Notes under the pieces: generated by a model | Told to the model about the DNA's origin: nothing | Databases searched by the model: none | The model's input: only the letters and a program-made list of their open reading frames with translations | Position numbers and translations under genes: made by a program | Shown: positions 39,731 to 48,444 of the stretch, one piece after another | Numbering within the stretch: position 1 is the first letter of the stretch | Layout of the letters: the number at the start of each line of letters is the position of its first letter | NCBI GenBank assembly: GCA_013815325.1 | Contig: JACDGM010000003.1 | Coordinates: 12,375 to 76,374 of the forward strand | Direction of reading: 5' to 3' | DNA from: Chthoniobacterales bacterium | GTDB lineage: Bacteria; Verrucomicrobiota; Verrucomicrobiia; Chthoniobacterales; UBA10450 | Length of the DNA: 64,000 nucleotides

Positions 39731-41107
39731 TTGAAGTTCATCAACCTGACGCGGCGTACCGAGATCGGCGCCAATAGTTATTATCTTGGCGCGCACGGGC
39801 AGGGGATCGTGCTCGACAGCGGGATGCATCCGAAAGAATTGGGCGAGGCCGCGCTGCCTAATCTCGACGCGCTCGCCGGCCGGCCGGTCGATGCGATCAT
39901 CGTCTCGCACGCGCATCTCGATCACATCGGGTCGCTCCCGGTCTTGATGCGCCAGCAGCCGCAGGCGCCGGTTTTCATGACGAGTGCGACGACGCAGATC
40001 GGCGATGCCTTGCTCCATAATTCCATCAACGTCATGACGCGGCAGCGCGAGGAAGTGGGTATGGCGATTTATCCGCTCTACGGACATCGGGAGACGGAGC
40101 GGGCGGTCGGCCGCTGGCGCGCCTGTCCTTTGCGGCAGGCGTTCACGTTCGCGGGGGAGCGGAGCGGGTCGCAGCCTAACGAGGAGATTACTTTTGAATT
40201 TTGGGACGCCGGCCATGTCCTCGGTGCCGCTGGCATTTTGTTCCGCATCGAGGGGCGCACGGTTTTCTATACCGGTGATGTGAACTTCGACGATCAGACG
40301 CTGACCAAAGGCGCGACCTTCCCGGAGGATAAAATCGACGTCCTGATTATCGAGACAACGCACGGCGCCACGCCGCTGCCGGAGGGCTTCAGCCGCGCAG
40401 CGGAAGAGCAGCGTTTCGCCGCCGCCCTGAACGCGGCTTTCGCGCGCGGCGGGTGCGTGCTCGTGCCCGTCTTTGCCCTCGGCAAGACGCAGGAAGTCCT
40501 GACTCTGCTCTATCAGTTCAAATGCACACACGTCATTGAGGACGTGCCGATCTACATCGGGGGATTGAGCGCGAAGATGACCGAGATCTACGATCGGCGC
40601 GCGCACGACACGGCGCGTGTCGTCCCGCGCCTCGAGCTTTTCCCGGCGGTCCAGCCTTTCGTCCTCAACGGCAAATCGATCCGCGACACGCCTGCCCGGC
40701 CCGGCCGAATCTACGCGCTCTCCAGCGGAATGATGACGCCGAAGACGCTCTCGAATATTTTCGGGCGCCAGCTCCTCGAGAAGCCGGAGCACTCGATTTT
40801 TTTCGTCGGCTACGCGGATCCGGTCTCACCCGCGGGCGTGTTGCGCGCGGCCCAGCCTAACGAGATCGTCTCGCTCGACGCCGAAGAAACGGCGCAGACT
40901 TTGCGCTGCACCGTGGAGCAATTTCAATTCAGCGCGCACGCTCCGCGCTCCGCCCTTATCGATTACATAAAAAAAGTCGCGCCTCGTAAAGTGGTGCTGG
41001 TGCACGGCGATCCGCCGGCAGTGGAGTGGATGCGCACCGCGGCCCAGGCGGCGCTGCCTGGGAGTGAAGTGATCGTGCCGCCGCCGGGAGTGGAGATTGA
41101 GTTGTAG
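39731..41107 (+). CDS. MBL-fold / beta-CASP RNA-metabolising hydrolase
   Basis: HxHxDH motif SHAHLDHIG; C-terminal VLVHGDP; TTG start as in the ORF track. Confidence 0.75.
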   Translation: MKFINLTRRTEIGANSYYLGAHGQGIVLDSGMHPKELGEAALPNLDALAGRPVDAIIVSHAHLDHIGSLPVLMRQQPQAPVFMTSATTQIGDALLHNSINVMTRQREEVGMAIYPLYGHRETERAVGRWRACPLRQAFTFAGERSGSQPNEEITFEFWDAGHVLGAAGILFRIEGRTVFYTGDVNFDDQTLTKGATFPEDKIDVLIIETTHGATPLPEGFSRAAEEQRFAAALNAAFARGGCVLVPVFALGKTQEVLTLLYQFKCTHVIEDVPIYIGGLSAKMTEIYDRRAHDTARVVPRLELFPAVQPFVLNGKSIRDTPARPGRIYALSSGMMTPKTLSNIFGRQLLEKPEHSIFFVGYADPVSPAGVLRAAQPNEIVSLDAEETAQTLRCTVEQFQFSAHAPRSALIDYIKKVAPRKVVLVHGDPPAVEWMRTAAQAALPGSEVIVPPPGVEIEL

Positions 41108-41139
41108 CGCGAGCTTCCCCGCCTCCTGCTCATGCTCTT

Positions 41140-41181
41140 GCTCCTAATCCAATCCAAAGAAGGCGGAGAGGGATTAGGAGC
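41140..41181. repeat. Hairpin GCTCCTAATCC / GGATTAGGAGC
   Basis: 11-nt perfect arms at 41140-41150 and 41171-41181, just downstream of the MBL gene. Confidence 0.7.
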
Positions 41182-41198
41182 CATCTCATAATTGGATT

Positions 41199-41276
41199 TT
41201 CATTCTGAGCGCAGCGAAGAACCTCCCCGATAGCCCCGAGATGGCCTGTGAGGTCCCTCGCTGCGCTCGGGATGAC
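41199..41276. repeat. Inverted-repeat element, family 2 (..CATTCTGAGCGCAGCGAAG.. type)
   Basis: TTCATTCTGAGCGCAGCGAAGAACCTCC faces GAGGTCCCTCGCTGCGCTCGGGATGAC. Confidence 0.7.
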
Positions 41277-41373
41277 ACGCTTCGCGGCACATTTATGAGA
41301 TGACTTCCAGCAGGCGTAGGAGTGAGTGCGCGTTGATTGCGACGAGCGCAGACCGCCACTAGAGAATGAGCGA

Positions 41374-42144
41374 ATGCGCGTCGTGTCGTGGAATATCAAT
41401 TCGCTGCGGAGACGCCAGGAGCGCTTCCTGCATTGGTTAGGCGAAACTGCTCCCGATATCATTTGTCTCCAGGAGACGAAATGCACGGACGAACAATTCC
41501 CCGCTGCGGCGTTGCGAGACGCGGGTTATCACGCGGCGTTTCACGGACAGAAGTCGTATAACGGTGTGGCCATTCTCGCGAAGGAAGAGATGGGCGATGT
41601 CCGGGTCGGTTTTTGCGATCAGGTGGATGATCCGCAAGCGCGGGTAATCGCGGCGCGCGTCGGCGACACGCGCGTCTTCTCGATCTACGCGCCTAACGGG
41701 CAAGCGGTCGGCTCGGCGCCTTACGAATACAAGCTGAAATGGTATGAGCGCCTCACGCGCTGCCTGCGCGAAGAGGAGAGCGCGCTCGAACGGGTCCTAG
41801 TGTGCGGCGATTTCAATGTCGCGCCTAACGACGAGGATGTGCACGACCCGGCGCTCTGGCGCGGGTCGATCATGTGTTCGGAGGAGGAGCGCGCCGCTTT
41901 CCGTACGCTCTGCGACCTTGGGCTGAACGATACGCTGCGGCTGCTTCATCCGGAGCCGGGACTGTTCAGCTGGTGGGATTATCGAATGCTCGCTTTTCCT
42001 AAGAATCGCGGCTTGCGCATCGACGCCATTCTCGCCGGCAGCGACCTTGCCGCGCGCTGCACCGGGGCGGGGATCGATCGTCAAATGCGCAAAGGCAAGG
42101 AGCCTTCGGATCACGCTCCGGTCTGGGCGGAGTTTGCGGAATAG
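41374..42144 (+). CDS. xthA: Exodeoxyribonuclease III
   Basis: MRVVSWNINSLR, QETK, GDFNVAPND, SDHAPVWAEF. Start set at the ATG at 41374. Confidence 0.9.
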   Translation: MRVVSWNINSLRRRQERFLHWLGETAPDIICLQETKCTDEQFPAAALRDAGYHAAFHGQKSYNGVAILAKEEMGDVRVGFCDQVDDPQARVIAARVGDTRVFSIYAPNGQAVGSAPYEYKLKWYERLTRCLREEESALERVLVCGDFNVAPNDEDVHDPALWRGSIMCSEEERAAFRTLCDLGLNDTLRLLHPEPGLFSWWDYRMLAFPKNRGLRIDAILAGSDLAARCTGAGIDRQMRKGKEPSDHAPVWAEFAE

Positions 42145-42218
42145 GCCACAGATAAACACGGACAAGAATTTTCGATTCCGTTCCCTTATCCGTGTTTCAT
42201 CCGTGTTAATCTGTGGCC
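42144..42218. repeat. Low-complexity hairpin, family 3 (GGCCACAGAT...ATCTGTGGCC)
   Basis: GGCCACAGATAAACACGGA faces TCCGTGTTAATCTGTGGCC (one mismatch). Confidence 0.75.
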
Positions 42219-42225
42219 GAAACCG

Positions 42226-44076
42226 ATGCCGTGCCTAACGTATCAGGTCGCCGCTCCGCCGCCGAAGCCGTTGCTGGTTTACGATGGCGACTGCGGATTC
42301 TGCAAGCTCTGGATCGCGCGCTGGCGCGAGATCACCGCGGGCCGCATCGACTACGAACCGCTCCAGGAAGCGGCCGCGCGGTTTCCCGAAGTGCCACGCG
42401 CGGATTTCGCACACGCGGTCAAACTGATCGAGCCGAATGGCCGTGTCTTCAGCAGCGCGGAGGCGGTTTTTCGTTCGTTAGGCGAGGGCCGCCCCTTCGC
42501 TCCGGCGCAGTGGTGCTACGCGCACGTTCCAGGGTTCGCGCCGGTCACGGAAGCCGGTTACACATTTATTGCCGCTCACCGGGAGCTGGCGCACAAAGTC
42601 ACCTCGCTCGTCTGGGGCGAGGACGTGCGCAAACCGGTCTACTTTCGCGCGCGCAACTGGTTCCTCCGGCTGCTCGGCGTCGTTTACCTGATCGCGTTCC
42701 TCTCTCTCTGGCCACAGGCCGATGGATTGATCGGGGCCAAAGGGATCGCGCCGTTGCCGGAGTTTCTCGCGAGCGCGCACGCGCAGCTGGACGCTAAGGC
42801 GGCGCTCCTGCTTCCGACGCTCTGTTGGCTCAATTCAAGTGATGCCGCTCTGCATCTCCTGTGCGGTAGCGGGGCGCTGATTTCTTTGCTCCTGATCGCC
42901 GGAATCGCGCCGATCCTTTGTCTCGTTCTCCTGTTCGTTTCCTACCTTTCGCTCACGATTGCGGGTCAGGAGTTCCTCAGTTTCCAATGGGACATCCTGC
43001 TGCTCGAGACTGGTTTTCTCGCCATCTTCCTCGCGCCCTGGCGTTGGCGAATTCGGCCTAACGAACCGGCGCCGCTCTCGCGTCTCGCGCTTTTCCTCCT
43101 CCATTTCCTACTCTTCAAATTGATGCTCATGTCGGCTGTAGTGAAGCTGACGAGCGGCGACGCTTCCTGGTGGAACCTGACCGCGCTCGATTACCACTAC
43201 TGGACGCAACCGCTCCCGACCGTGCTCGGCTGGTGGGCCGACAAAGCGCCCGAGTGGTTCAAACATTTCTCAACTGCATTCGTCCTCGTGGTCGAAATCG
43301 GAGGCGCTTTTTTGCTCTGGTTGCCGCGCCATCTGCGTTTGTTAGGCGCGGGCCTGCTCGTCCTGCTGCAAATCCTGATCGGGCTGACTGGCAACTACGC
43401 CTTTTTCAATCTCCTCACGATCGCGCTTTGCCTCCTTCTGGTCGACGACTATGTCTGGCCGGGCCGCCGCCTAACGAATCGCCAAAGCACAACTGGTCCT
43501 CGCTGGCCGGTTTGGGCGCCGGCCCTCATTCTCACCGCGACGCTGCCGGTGAACGCGATGCTGATATTTTCAGGATTCAAGCCCGACGCGAACTGGCCGC
43601 GGCCGATCGGATTGCTCTACGGCGCGATCGAGCCGTTTCGAATCGCCAATGGCTACGGTCTCTTCCGGGTGATGACGAAGGAGCGGCCGGAAATCGTCAT
43701 CGAAGGAAGCGACGACGGAATCGATTGGAAGCCGTACGAATTCAAATGGAAACCGGGCGCACTCGATCGGATGCCGGCGTTCGTCGAGCCGCACCAGCCG
43801 CGGCTAGATTGGCAGATGTGGTTCGCGGCGCTGGGAGGCGATGTGCGCCAGAACCGCTGGTTCCTCGGCCTCGTTTTGCGCTTGCTCAAGAACGAGCCGG
43901 TCGTTGTGCAACTCCTGCAGACGAATCCTTTTCCCGAAAAACCGCCACGTTATCTTCGGGCCAGCATCTATCGTTATCGCTTTACCACGATCGCGGAACA
44001 TAGTCAGACTGGCGATTGGTGGCGGCGCGAAGATCCGCGCAGCTATCTTCCGGAAGTTTCGCTGCAAGGAGAATGA
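42226..44076 (+). CDS. DCC-type thiol-disulfide oxidoreductase (DUF393) fused to a lipase-maturation-factor-like membrane domain
   Basis: N-terminal YDGDCGFC. The rest is polytopic and contains PHQPRLDWQMWFAAL. Confidence 0.7.
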   Translation: MPCLTYQVAAPPPKPLLVYDGDCGFCKLWIARWREITAGRIDYEPLQEAAARFPEVPRADFAHAVKLIEPNGRVFSSAEAVFRSLGEGRPFAPAQWCYAHVPGFAPVTEAGYTFIAAHRELAHKVTSLVWGEDVRKPVYFRARNWFLRLLGVVYLIAFLSLWPQADGLIGAKGIAPLPEFLASAHAQLDAKAALLLPTLCWLNSSDAALHLLCGSGALISLLLIAGIAPILCLVLLFVSYLSLTIAGQEFLSFQWDILLLETGFLAIFLAPWRWRIRPNEPAPLSRLALFLLHFLLFKLMLMSAVVKLTSGDASWWNLTALDYHYWTQPLPTVLGWWADKAPEWFKHFSTAFVLVVEIGGAFLLWLPRHLRLLGAGLLVLLQILIGLTGNYAFFNLLTIALCLLLVDDYVWPGRRLTNRQSTTGPRWPVWAPALILTATLPVNAMLIFSGFKPDANWPRPIGLLYGAIEPFRIANGYGLFRVMTKERPEIVIEGSDDGIDWKPYEFKWKPGALDRMPAFVEPHQPRLDWQMWFAALGGDVRQNRWFLGLVLRLLKNEPVVVQLLQTNPFPEKPPRYLRASIYRYRFTTIAEHSQTGDWWRREDPRSYLPEVSLQGE

Positions 44077-44177
44077 GGTTACCTGCCCCGTTTCATCCTG
44101 GGCAAGCGGAGCGTTCGCCTGACAAGCTCCGCTGCTTCGCGTCTTGAAATCCTAACGCTGCTGCCGCATGATTCGAG

Positions 44178-44403
44178 ATGCCGAAAGAGGAGCAGATCGT
44201 GACCGAAGGAACGGTGACTCAGGTGCTGCCGGGCACCATGTTCCGCGTCGATCTCGCCGGGCAGGGCCAGCGCAACGTCCTCGCTCACATCTCGGGAAAA
44301 ATGCGCAAACATTTCATCCGCATAGTCCCTGGCGATAAGGTTGAGGTGGAGTTGTCCGCCCTACGATTTGACGAAGGCGCGGATCATTTTTCGCGCGAAG
44401 TAG
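44178..44403 (+). CDS. infA: Translation initiation factor IF-1, interrupted by one extra base near 44358
   Basis: [60 protein letters not shown] is canonical IF-1. The expected tail [14 protein letters not shown] is present in the +1 frame and ends at TAG 44401-44403. Length 226 nt is 3n+1. Confidence 0.85.
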
Positions 44404-44548
44404 GCGCCGGCCATGGGCATTCTCGCGCTCGCGAAAATCGTAAGCGCAGCGCACGGACGAAATTCGTATTCCTTAACGCAGCGATCGGCCGCCACGCTGT
44501 TTCCACAACCGGCGGCCACATCGGAAATCCAATGAAGAAAGACAAAAT

Positions 44549-44839
44549 ATGATGGACGAAAACGAAATGGCACAAGGGGGGTCGGTTCCCCCGCAGGTCC
44601 AAGGTGATGTGGAGGGCGGCGCCTCGCACGCGCGCAAGGCAGCGGACGATTTTAAATCGGCAGCCAGTGCCGTCGCGGACGAGTATCGTGGCCGGGCGGA
44701 AGAGGCTTGGAACGACGCCCGCTTTCGCGTGCGCGGTTTCCAGGAGGATAGCGAGCAGTACGTGCGGGAAAACCCCACCAAGGCGGTCTTTTCCGCTCTC
44801 GGCATTGGGTTCGTGCTCGGCCTCATCTTCCGTCGTTAG
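44549..44839 (+). CDS. DUF883 (ElaB/YqjD-like) membrane-anchored protein
   Basis: [32 protein letters not shown]-terminal anchor. Confidence 0.7.
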   Translation: MMDENEMAQGGSVPPQVQGDVEGGASHARKAADDFKSAASAVADEYRGRAEEAWNDARFRVRGFQEDSEQYVRENPTKAVFSALGIGFVLGLIFRR

Positions 44840-44849
44840 GTTTAAGCGG

Positions 44850-45281
44850 ATGGCCGACCGCTCGATGCTCTTTCGCAATCCCGCTGGATACGCGGGATTA
44901 TGGGCAAACTGCGCCGCGCTCCTGAGCTCAGGCGCGCACTTCCTGGAAAGCCGGCTCGCGCTCGCCTCTAAAGAAGCGAAGGCGGCGGGAATTCATTTGG
45001 CCACGCTGGTGGCTTGTTTCGTCGCCGCCGCTCTCCTCGGTTTGCTGGGCTATCTGCTGTTGATCGTCTTCGCGATCGTCGGCCTGGCGCACCTTTTTGG
45101 CGTCTCCTGGATCTGGATCGCCTTGGTGGTCGCCTTGCTCCACTTCGGCGGCGCGATCGTGTGTGTCGTCATCGCACGGGGGCAGTTCAAGCGGCCCGTT
45201 TTTCGCGACACGGCAACTGTGTTGAAAGAGGATACCGAATGGCTGAAAAATCTGAATCAAGCGAAAGCACAGCGGAGCTGA
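44850..45281 (+). CDS. DUF1469 / YqjE-like ('phage holin family') membrane protein
   Basis: Two central TM helices. The gene order mimics E. coli yqjD-yqjE-yqjK. Confidence 0.6.
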   Translation: MADRSMLFRNPAGYAGLWANCAALLSSGAHFLESRLALASKEAKAAGIHLATLVACFVAAALLGLLGYLLLIVFAIVGLAHLFGVSWIWIALVVALLHFGGAIVCVVIARGQFKRPVFRDTATVLKEDTEWLKNLNQAKAQRS

Positions 45282-45625
45282 GGCAGAAAATCGCGCGCTC
45301 TCGCGAGGTGGTGGCGCGTGACCTGGGCGGTCTGCGTTACGAGCTCGATTTGCCGCTTAAATTTAAGAAAGCTTTTCAGCGCCATACGGTGGTCTGGATT
45401 GGGGTCGCGCTGGCCGCCGGTCTGCTCATCGCGCTGTTGCGGGCGCGCACGCATAAAATCTACCTCAGTGCAGCTGGGAAAAAGGTGCGCTCGCCGAAGG
45501 GTCTTCTTGAGTCGGGCGCGCTGCTCGGACTCGTGAAGTTGGGCATCACTCTAGCGCAGCCGATATTGGTGAGTCACTTCGCGAAAAAAGGGGCGAAGAA
45601 AGGTAAGCGTTCGGACCGTCCTTAG
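45239..45625 (+). CDS. Small membrane protein in the YqjK position
   Basis: AAGAGGA Shine-Dalgarno 7 nt upstream of the ATG at 45239; one TM (VVWIGVALAAGLLIALL); Lys-rich tail. Confidence 0.5.
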   Translation: MAEKSESSESTAELRQKIARSREVVARDLGGLRYELDLPLKFKKAFQRHTVVWIGVALAAGLLIALLRARTHKIYLSAAGKKVRSPKGLLESGALLGLVKLGITLAQPILVSHFAKKGAKKGKRSDRP

Positions 45626-45660
45626 TTGGGACAGTCGGGCTGATTCCGGCCTCGCGAGAA

Positions 45661-45711
45661 CTGGACGCGCGGAAGCGCATGCTTCCGGAGGACATGCTTC
45701 CGCACGTCCAG
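45661..45711. repeat. Hairpin with 16-nt arms downstream of the yqj-like operon
   Basis: CTGGACGCGCGGAAGC faces GCTTCCGCACGTCCAG (one mismatch). Confidence 0.6.
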
Positions 45712-45904
45712 TGTCTGCCGGGTAGTCCCGTTTCTTCTGATACTCTGCGCCCGCGAGGTAGTCGATGTGTTGAGCGATCAATCGGGTATTTGGACTCCAC
45801 TCAATCTTCCTCTGCACGGTTCGGTTGATGCAAGCCAGTAGCCGCTTCGCTATTTTGATTTACCCTCCGGCAGTGGCCGCCTATTTTCGGGCGCCCGCTT
45901 CCGC

Positions 45905-47002
45905 ATGCACGCCGAGAATTTTTCTGCTCCCACCGAGGCGGCGCCCCACGTCGATCATTATCTGGCCATCGGCCGGGAGAGCGGCGCATCGGATGTTCAC
46001 CTCGGAGTAAACGCCCCGCCACTCTGGCGGCTCCACGGTACTCTCCAGCCCATCTGGCCCGGCGTCGCGAAATTTACCGCAGAGGACACCCAAGCACTCG
46101 CCGATGGTTTCCTCACCGAGACGCAGAAGGCGCAACTGGCGGAGCGCGGCGACGTCGACTTCGCCTACGCCACCGCGTTCGGCCGCTTCCGCACCAGCGT
46201 CGTTAGGCAACGACTCGGAATCGATCTCGTCTTTCGCATCATCAGCACGCAAGTCCGCACCATGGATGAGCTGGGTTTACCGCAAAGCCTTAAGCTGCTC
46301 ACGCGCTTTCATAACGGTCTCATCCTCGTCACCGGCTCGGTCGGCAGCGGTAAATCGACTACGCTAGCCGCCCTCGCCGAGCAGGTGAATATCGAGCGGC
46401 ACGAGCACATCATCACTCTTGAGGATCCGATCGAATACGTCCTTCAGCCGAAAGGTTGCCACATCACCCAGCGCGAAGTGCACACGCACACGAAATCCTT
46501 CGGCGCCGCTCTCCGAGGCTCGCTCCGCGAAGATCCCGACGTCATCATGGTGGGCGAGATGCGCGATCTCGAGACCGTCTCGCTCGCCATCACCGCGTCG
46601 GAAACGGGCCACCTCGTCCTCGGCACATTGCACACCGGCAATGCCTCGCGGACGCTCGATCGTTTGCTCGACGTTTTTCCTGTGGATCAACAGGATCAGA
46701 TCCGGGTTATGGTGAGCGAATCGTTGCGCGGGGTCATCAGCCAGCAGCTCGTGCCGCGGAGCGATGGCAACGGCCGCGTCCTCGCGCTCGAAATCCTAAC
46801 GAACACTCCCGCGGTCGCCAACGTCATCCGCGAAGCCAAAACCTACATGCTGCCTGGCATCATCCAGACCGGCCGTAAACAAGGGATGCGCCTGATGGAT
46901 GATTCGCTCATGCAACTTTTCGATGAGGGACTGATCAGCGCTGAGGAAGCCTGCGCGCGCGCCGAGCAGAAGCAGGCGATGCGGAAACATCTCCAAGGAT
47001 GA
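45905..47002 (+). CDS. pilT: Type IV pilus retraction ATPase PilT
   Basis: Walker A GSVGSGKST, Asp box IITLEDPIEY, Walker B VIMVGEMRDLET, His box TGHLVLGTLHT. Confidence 0.88.
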   Translation: MHAENFSAPTEAAPHVDHYLAIGRESGASDVHLGVNAPPLWRLHGTLQPIWPGVAKFTAEDTQALADGFLTETQKAQLAERGDVDFAYATAFGRFRTSVVRQRLGIDLVFRIISTQVRTMDELGLPQSLKLLTRFHNGLILVTGSVGSGKSTTLAALAEQVNIERHEHIITLEDPIEYVLQPKGCHITQREVHTHTKSFGAALRGSLREDPDVIMVGEMRDLETVSLAITASETGHLVLGTLHTGNASRTLDRLLDVFPVDQQDQIRVMVSESLRGVISQQLVPRSDGNGRVLALEILTNTPAVANVIREAKTYMLPGIIQTGRKQGMRLMDDSLMQLFDEGLISAEEACARAEQKQAMRKHLQG

Positions 47003-47076
47003 AGGATGAAGGCGGAAGGATGAAAAAAAATCGCGCGTTCATTTCCTTCATCCTTCATCCTTCCGCTTTCATCCTT
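46995..47076. repeat. Low-complexity hairpin, family 4 (GGATGAAGGATGAAGG / CCTTCATCCTTCATCC)
   Basis: It spans the pilT stop and the pilT-pilU spacer. GATGAAGGATGAAGG pairs exactly with CCTTCATCCTTCATC. Confidence 0.75.
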
Positions 47077-47083
47077 CGTAGAG

Positions 47084-48238
47084 ATGCCTTACATCGACCA
47101 ATTTTTCGACCTCCTCGTTAGGGAAGGCGCTTCTGATTTGCACATCGGCGAGGGTCAGCCGCCGAAGATTCGCAAGCACGGTGACGTCATGGCCATCCGG
47201 GACGAGATCCTTGCCCGCGACGAGGTTGTTAGGCTGCTGAGCGAGATTTGCGGCCCGCAAAACTGGGAGATTTTTGAGGAGCGCGGGGACTTCGATTTTG
47301 CCTACGAAATGGACGAGCAGTCGCGTTTCCGCTGCAATTTTTTCAAGCAAACCAACGGCTACGGCGCGGTCTTTCGTCTCATTCCCACGCGTATCGCTTC
47401 GCTCGAAGAGCTGGGCGTGCCGCCGGTTGTGAAACAGTTTGGCGATCTCCGCGGCGGCCTCGTCCTCGTCACCGGGCCGACCGGTTCCGGGAAATCGACC
47501 ACGCTGGCTGCGCTCATCGACTACATCAACAGCACCTACTCGCGGCACATCGTGACGATCGAAGAGCCGATCGAGTTCGTGCATAGCAATAAACGCAGCA
47601 TTATCACCCAGCGTGAAGTGCCGGAGCATTCCTCCACTTTCCCGGCCGGGTTGAAAGCGGCATTGCGCGAGGATTGCGACATCGTTCTCGTCGGAGAAAT
47701 GCGCGACCTCGAGACAATCTCGCTCGCGCTCACCGCCGCGGAGACTGGCCTCCTCGTCTTCGGCACGCTCCATACGAACAACGCCCGCAAAACCGTTGAT
47801 CGCATGATCGACGTTTTCCCCGCCGACAAACAACCGCAGGCGCGCACTATGCTCGCCAACTCCCTGCGCGGCGTCCTCGCGCAGCTCCTCCTCAAACGCG
47901 CCGATGGCAAAGGCCGTCTCGCCGTGAACGAAATTCTTATTACGAACAACGCCGTCTCCTCGATCATCCGTGAAGGCGCGACGCAAAAACTTCAGGACGT
48001 CATTGTCAGCGGGAAAGGGCAGGGGATGCAGTTCATGGACGACGCCATTTGGGGATATCTCCAGCAGGGCATCGTTTCGCCGCACGAAGCCTTCATGAAA
48101 GCGATCGACAAAAACCTTTTCAAAAAATTCCTGCCGCTGGACGAACAGGATCTCGGCAACTCCGCCGGCGCCGGACCGGAGGACGAAAAGCGTTCCCGCG
48201 GAAGCTCGGGCAGGAGCAAGACGCGGGTCCGTCGTTAG
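47084..48238 (+). CDS. pilU: PilT/PilU-family type IV pilus ATPase (second paralogue)
   Basis: GPTGSGKST, IVTIEEPIEFV, IVLVGEMRDLETI, TGLLVFGTLHTNN, plus a C-terminal extension. The pilU label is by position and length only. Confidence 0.8.
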   Translation: MPYIDQFFDLLVREGASDLHIGEGQPPKIRKHGDVMAIRDEILARDEVVRLLSEICGPQNWEIFEERGDFDFAYEMDEQSRFRCNFFKQTNGYGAVFRLIPTRIASLEELGVPPVVKQFGDLRGGLVLVTGPTGSGKSTTLAALIDYINSTYSRHIVTIEEPIEFVHSNKRSIITQREVPEHSSTFPAGLKAALREDCDIVLVGEMRDLETISLALTAAETGLLVFGTLHTNNARKTVDRMIDVFPADKQPQARTMLANSLRGVLAQLLLKRADGKGRLAVNEILITNNAVSSIIREGATQKLQDVIVSGKGQGMQFMDDAIWGYLQQGIVSPHEAFMKAIDKNLFKKFLPLDEQDLGNSAGAGPEDEKRSRGSSGRSKTRVRR

Positions 48239-48444
48239 GCATCCGAACAAGAATGGGGCGTGGCTCGACTCTGGGGAGCACGGGCTGCCAGCCCGTCGCA
48301 TTGGGCGAGTCTCGCCCAATGCATTTTGCGCGAAGCGTAACCGGTGATGCGCTCTCTCCGTTGAGCAACACGTTGCGATGTTCGGCGCAGGCTGCGCCGA
48401 AGGACGGGCTGGCAGCCTGTGTGCCCCGAAATCAGTTTCGCACC

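Noticed and set aside
39683-40792. 369-aa ORF on the minus strand
   Set aside because: It is antisense to the MBL/beta-CASP gene, and the translation is Arg-rich junk.
44340-44403. Programmed +1 ribosomal frameshift in infA
   Set aside because: There is no slippery codon whose tRNA could re-pair in +1, no in-frame stop at the shift site and no upstream Shine-Dalgarno-like stimulator. An indel, real or artefactual, is simpler. I kept it as a finding only because the gene is essential.
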